The position numbers were made by a program, and so were the translations under genes. Shown one piece after another: positions 61,778 to 64,000 of a stretch of 64,000 nucleotides of DNA (position 1 is the stretch's first letter; each line of letters starts with the position of its first letter). The notes under the pieces were generated by a model that was not told the DNA's origin, made no database searches, and saw only the letters and a program-made list of their open reading frames with translations. Location of the stretch: IMG/VR virus record IMGVR_UViG_3300022719_000283, positions 252,067 to 316,066 of that record. One strand, written 5' to 3'. Origin of the DNA: a virus. Taxonomy: Duplodnaviria; Heunggongvirae; Uroviricota; Caudoviricetes.

Positions 61778-62332
61778 ATGAAGTATCGCGAGCTCGTTGC
61801 CCGGATTTCCGAGGTCACCCGGACCTTAGCAGCCGGTGGAAGTGACGGGGAGTTCGATCCGAACTCCTCCAAGTTCCGTACTCACCAAGAGCTCCCCGAT
61901 GGCGTAAAGCAGGGTGCGTTCCTGGTCATCAAAAATGGGCCTCTGAGCGGTCAACACGCCATCTTGGACGCGAACCCCGCCTTTGGGGTGGTTCGGATTG
62001 CACCAACAAAAGCCCAGTTCGCTCTGAGCCACCTCGAATGGGAAATCTACCTGGCAGGGGTCTCGGAAGAAGATGTCCGGGAGGTCCTGAGCGCCTTTCC
62101 AGACGTCATCATGGAGTGCGAGGAAGGAGAGCAGGTACGGACCTATCTAGGCACGTTCCGGCTCACCCGACGCAAACGTAAGCGGGTCAAGGACCCGCAA
62201 GGACGCTGGACTTTTTCCGAAGAGAAGATTGTTGCCCGAATTCGGCCAGGGAAACGCCTCCAACGTGAAATCGAGAAGCGCCCTAGTGAATCTCGGCCTC
62301 CGTCGGAGCTGGATCTTGATGAAGATCTGTAG
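61778..62332 (+). CDS. HU/IHF-like DNA-binding protein with an inserted KOW-like segment
   Basis: MKYRELVARISEVT (helix 1) ... VSEEDVREVLSAF (helix 2) ... YLGTFRLTRRKRKRVKDP ... ARIRPGKRL. Confidence 0.7.
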   Translation: MKYRELVARISEVTRTLAAGGSDGEFDPNSSKFRTHQELPDGVKQGAFLVIKNGPLSGQHAILDANPAFGVVRIAPTKAQFALSHLEWEIYLAGVSEEDVREVLSAFPDVIMECEEGEQVRTYLGTFRLTRRKRKRVKDPQGRWTFSEEKIVARIRPGKRLQREIEKRPSESRPPSELDLDEDL

Positions 62333-62573
62333 GCCGTATGGACGATACGTCGACAGCCCCGTTCCAGTAGCCGCGTTTGAACCCGCGAAGAACGAGCTCG
62401 ATCTGCTCATCCGTCAGACCCGCCTCCATAGCTTCGGCCACTAAAGAGGCGCGCGATCTCTGCCACTTTCGCAGCAGGACGGGACGTAATTTCTCTCTGA
62501 TGATTCCTAGCACGGACGAGACCTCTTGTTCATCTGTTCTACGCGCTATCGGTTTGGTTTCGGAGTCCATCAT
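62283..62573 (-). CDS. Hypothetical protein
   Basis: 96-aa helical ORF convergent with the HU-like gene. Confidence 0.55.
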   Translation of the reverse strand: MMDSETKPIARRTDEQEVSSVLGIIREKLRPVLLRKWQRSRASLVAEAMEAGLTDEQIELVLRGFKRGYWNGAVDVSSIRPTDLHQDPAPTEAEIH

Positions 62574-62967
62574 GTACTTGGTTGACCGTCTCACGGACCA
62601 GGCCAGGAACGATCTTGCGCAAACTCAACTCGAGCTGCTTTAGCGTACCCTCACTAAGTTTTTCGATCAATTCTTCGGGCGCTTTCTCCGCGTCGGCTAT
62701 TTTTCTCTGTAATTCTGGCTCATTGGAGAGTTTCACGAGAAGCTGGAGCATGGCCTCCGTTCGCACGCATTCCGTCAGAAGCGCCCACGATCCTTCTTCC
62801 AAACCGCGCGAGGGGCCCATCGTTTCGACCACGGCTGCGTCTTGCGCATCCTGAAGCCGACGGTAGCTTTTCCAGCCACCCGCATGATCCTTGCGAACAC
62901 CCACCTCGATGACGAAGGCATCGTAGGTCGGCTGTTTCCCTTTGGGCCAGAGCGGATCGATGAGCAT
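62539..62967 (-). CDS. Hypothetical protein
   Basis: The likely start MLIDPLW at 62967, just after the upstream stop, removes the overlap seen in the track. Confidence 0.55.
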   Translation of the reverse strand: MLIDPLWPKGKQPTYDAFVIEVGVRKDHAGGWKSYRRLQDAQDAAVVETMGPSRGLEEGSWALLTECVRTEAMLQLLVKLSNEPELQRKIADAEKAPEELIEKLSEGTLKQLELSLRKIVPGLVRETVNQVHDGLRNQTDSA

Positions 62968-62975
62968 GGCCCATG

Positions 62976-63527
62976 CTACCGAGATTGCCGCGCTAACATG
63001 CGGCGCAACACCTTGACGTGGATTTTCGTGAATCCCGCATTCTTCATCCGGACAGCACACGAAGGACAGAGCTTTTTCATTTCCTTGCGTGTGATCCACT
63101 GAGACGAGGCAACACGAGGATCTTCTTCCATCGTCAGGTTGTCGGTGCCGGGAAGCTGCGAATGCGGTCTGCCGTCTTCATCCTCGGTTTCCCCGTAGTC
63201 CCGACGCGTTCGCAACGGTTGCGACAGTGACGCGGCCACCTTCTGAACCTCGAGAAGTGCTTTTTTCTTACGGCGTTCCTTCGCCGCTTCCTCGCGCCAG
63301 CCGGGGATCACTCGATCCGCCAGAGCGGCACAGAAGGCACCAGGATCGGTGATGTCGGTGTCCTGCATCTTCTTGATACATTGGGTCACCTTGTGTTTGG
63401 GAGCTCTCCCAGTAAGAGAGTCCCAGAATTTCTTCCGGGACTCGTCCGTCCAGCCTTTGGGCAAAGGCCCCTTCCACTTGTGGCCACCGGGATCTTTCGG
63501 CCCCGAATTCTTGGCTTCATGCCTCAT
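62976..63527 (-). CDS. Putative virion protein made of two small modules
   Basis: KHKVTQCIKKM...DPGAFCAAL and WITRKEMKKLCPSCAVRM, separated by KVAA and RVAS tags. Confidence 0.65.
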   Translation of the reverse strand: MRHEAKNSGPKDPGGHKWKGPLPKGWTDESRKKFWDSLTGRAPKHKVTQCIKKMQDTDITDPGAFCAALADRVIPGWREEAAKERRKKKALLEVQKVAASLSQPLRTRRDYGETEDEDGRPHSQLPGTDNLTMEEDPRVASSQWITRKEMKKLCPSCAVRMKNAGFTKIHVKVLRRMLARQSR

Positions 63528-64000
63528 GACGCTGCGGGTTGATCAGCGTTTTTCTTGTGCATCTTCTTGAGACGCTTGGCGAGCTGAAGAGCGGATAGCA
63601 AACTCTTGTTGCCGGTTCCCTTCACTTTCTCGATGGCCTCATTGATCTTGGACATCGGGATGTCGTCGCCCTCGGGGATGCCCAAGTACTTGTGGACACG
63701 GCCGGGACGCTTGATGGCATCCTGAATCCATTTCTTGGCCAAACGATCCGACACGGCGACGCGCTGAGCTGTGGAGCCTGACGCCACCTTTGAACCTGGT
63801 CGGGTGTGCGTGTACTCCTTGACGCTGCTCCAGGCCAGGTCATGAATTTCCGGGAAGACGACGGCCACGCTGGATTTCTTGCCAACATCACCTTCGTGTT
63901 TTTCCCACTTGGCAGCGTCTTCGTGATGTCCTTGCTCTTTGAGGTAGTCCCCAACGTCGACGGACTCACCTTCGTCGTGACGCCCCTCTTTTTCGTCTTC
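63524..64000 (-). CDS. Putative virion protein, 5'-truncated by the window edge
   Basis: Frame is open from 64000 (EDEKEGRH...); C-terminal KKWIQDAIKRPG...LGIP...SALQLAKRLKK module; KVAS and RVA tags. Confidence 0.65.
   Translation of the reverse strand, partial: EDEKEGRHDEGESVDVGDYLKEQGHHEDAAKWEKHEGDVGKKSSVAVVFPEIHDLAWSSVKEYTHTRPGSKVASGSTAQRVAVSDRLAKKWIQDAIKRPGRVHKYLGIPEGDDIPMSKINEAIEKVKGTGNKSLLSALQLAKRLKKMHKKNADQPAAS

Noticed and set aside
62968-63099. Apparent 124-nt overlap between two genes, suggesting overprinting
   Set aside because: An in-frame ATG at 62967, just after the upstream stop codon, removes the overlap.
1-64000. Stop-codon reassignment (many genes end in TAG)
   Set aside because: Conserved genes (terL, recA, nrdJ, portal) are full length under the standard code, and TAG falls at expected C-termini.
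1-64000. Major capsid protein, phage-nucleus shell (chimallin), tubulin, multisubunit RNA polymerase and integrase
   Set aside because: I could not recognise motifs for any of these in this window. The capsid gene probably lies beyond the left edge, downstream of the protease.

Overview
This window is a 64-kb segment of a large (jumbo-type) tailed dsDNA phage genome, GC-rich by eye, with nearly all genes on the minus strand. No database searches were run; family names come from motifs I recognised. (1) 1-25.4 kb is a head morphogenesis and virion module. It encodes an intein-containing prohead protease (open at the left edge), a 2020-aa multi-domain protein (Ntn hydrolase + topoisomerase IB + coiled coil), a 2H phosphoesterase, portal, terminase, a Dps-like protein and a lipoprotein. 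(2) 25.4-52.1 kb is a replication, recombination and transcription module. It encodes a sigma-region-4 protein, a NusG paralog, DnaX (mini-intein), HolA, HolB, beta clamp, primase, split SbcC plus SbcD, a PD-(D/E)XK nuclease, a ClpX-zinc-finger/SET fusion, a nucleotidyltransferase, RecA, RuvC, an SSB candidate, RecD2 (intein) and class II RNR. (3) 52.1-64 kb holds a long non-coding stretch, a P-loop kinase and a second block of putative virion proteins, plus two further sigma-like proteins, a C39 peptidase and an HU-like protein. The most notable signal is a recurring [K/R]-x-A / RVAxx[Y/W/F] tag at the ends and domain borders of many genes in the virion blocks. One such site (KQA|C) sits directly before the predicted catalytic Cys of the Ntn domain. 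This suggests a protease-processed, capsid-packaged enzyme cargo system (inference). Two classes of candidate promoter motif and a perfect 19-bp palindromic bidirectional promoter are also visible. I found no CRISPR array, tRNA or rRNA.
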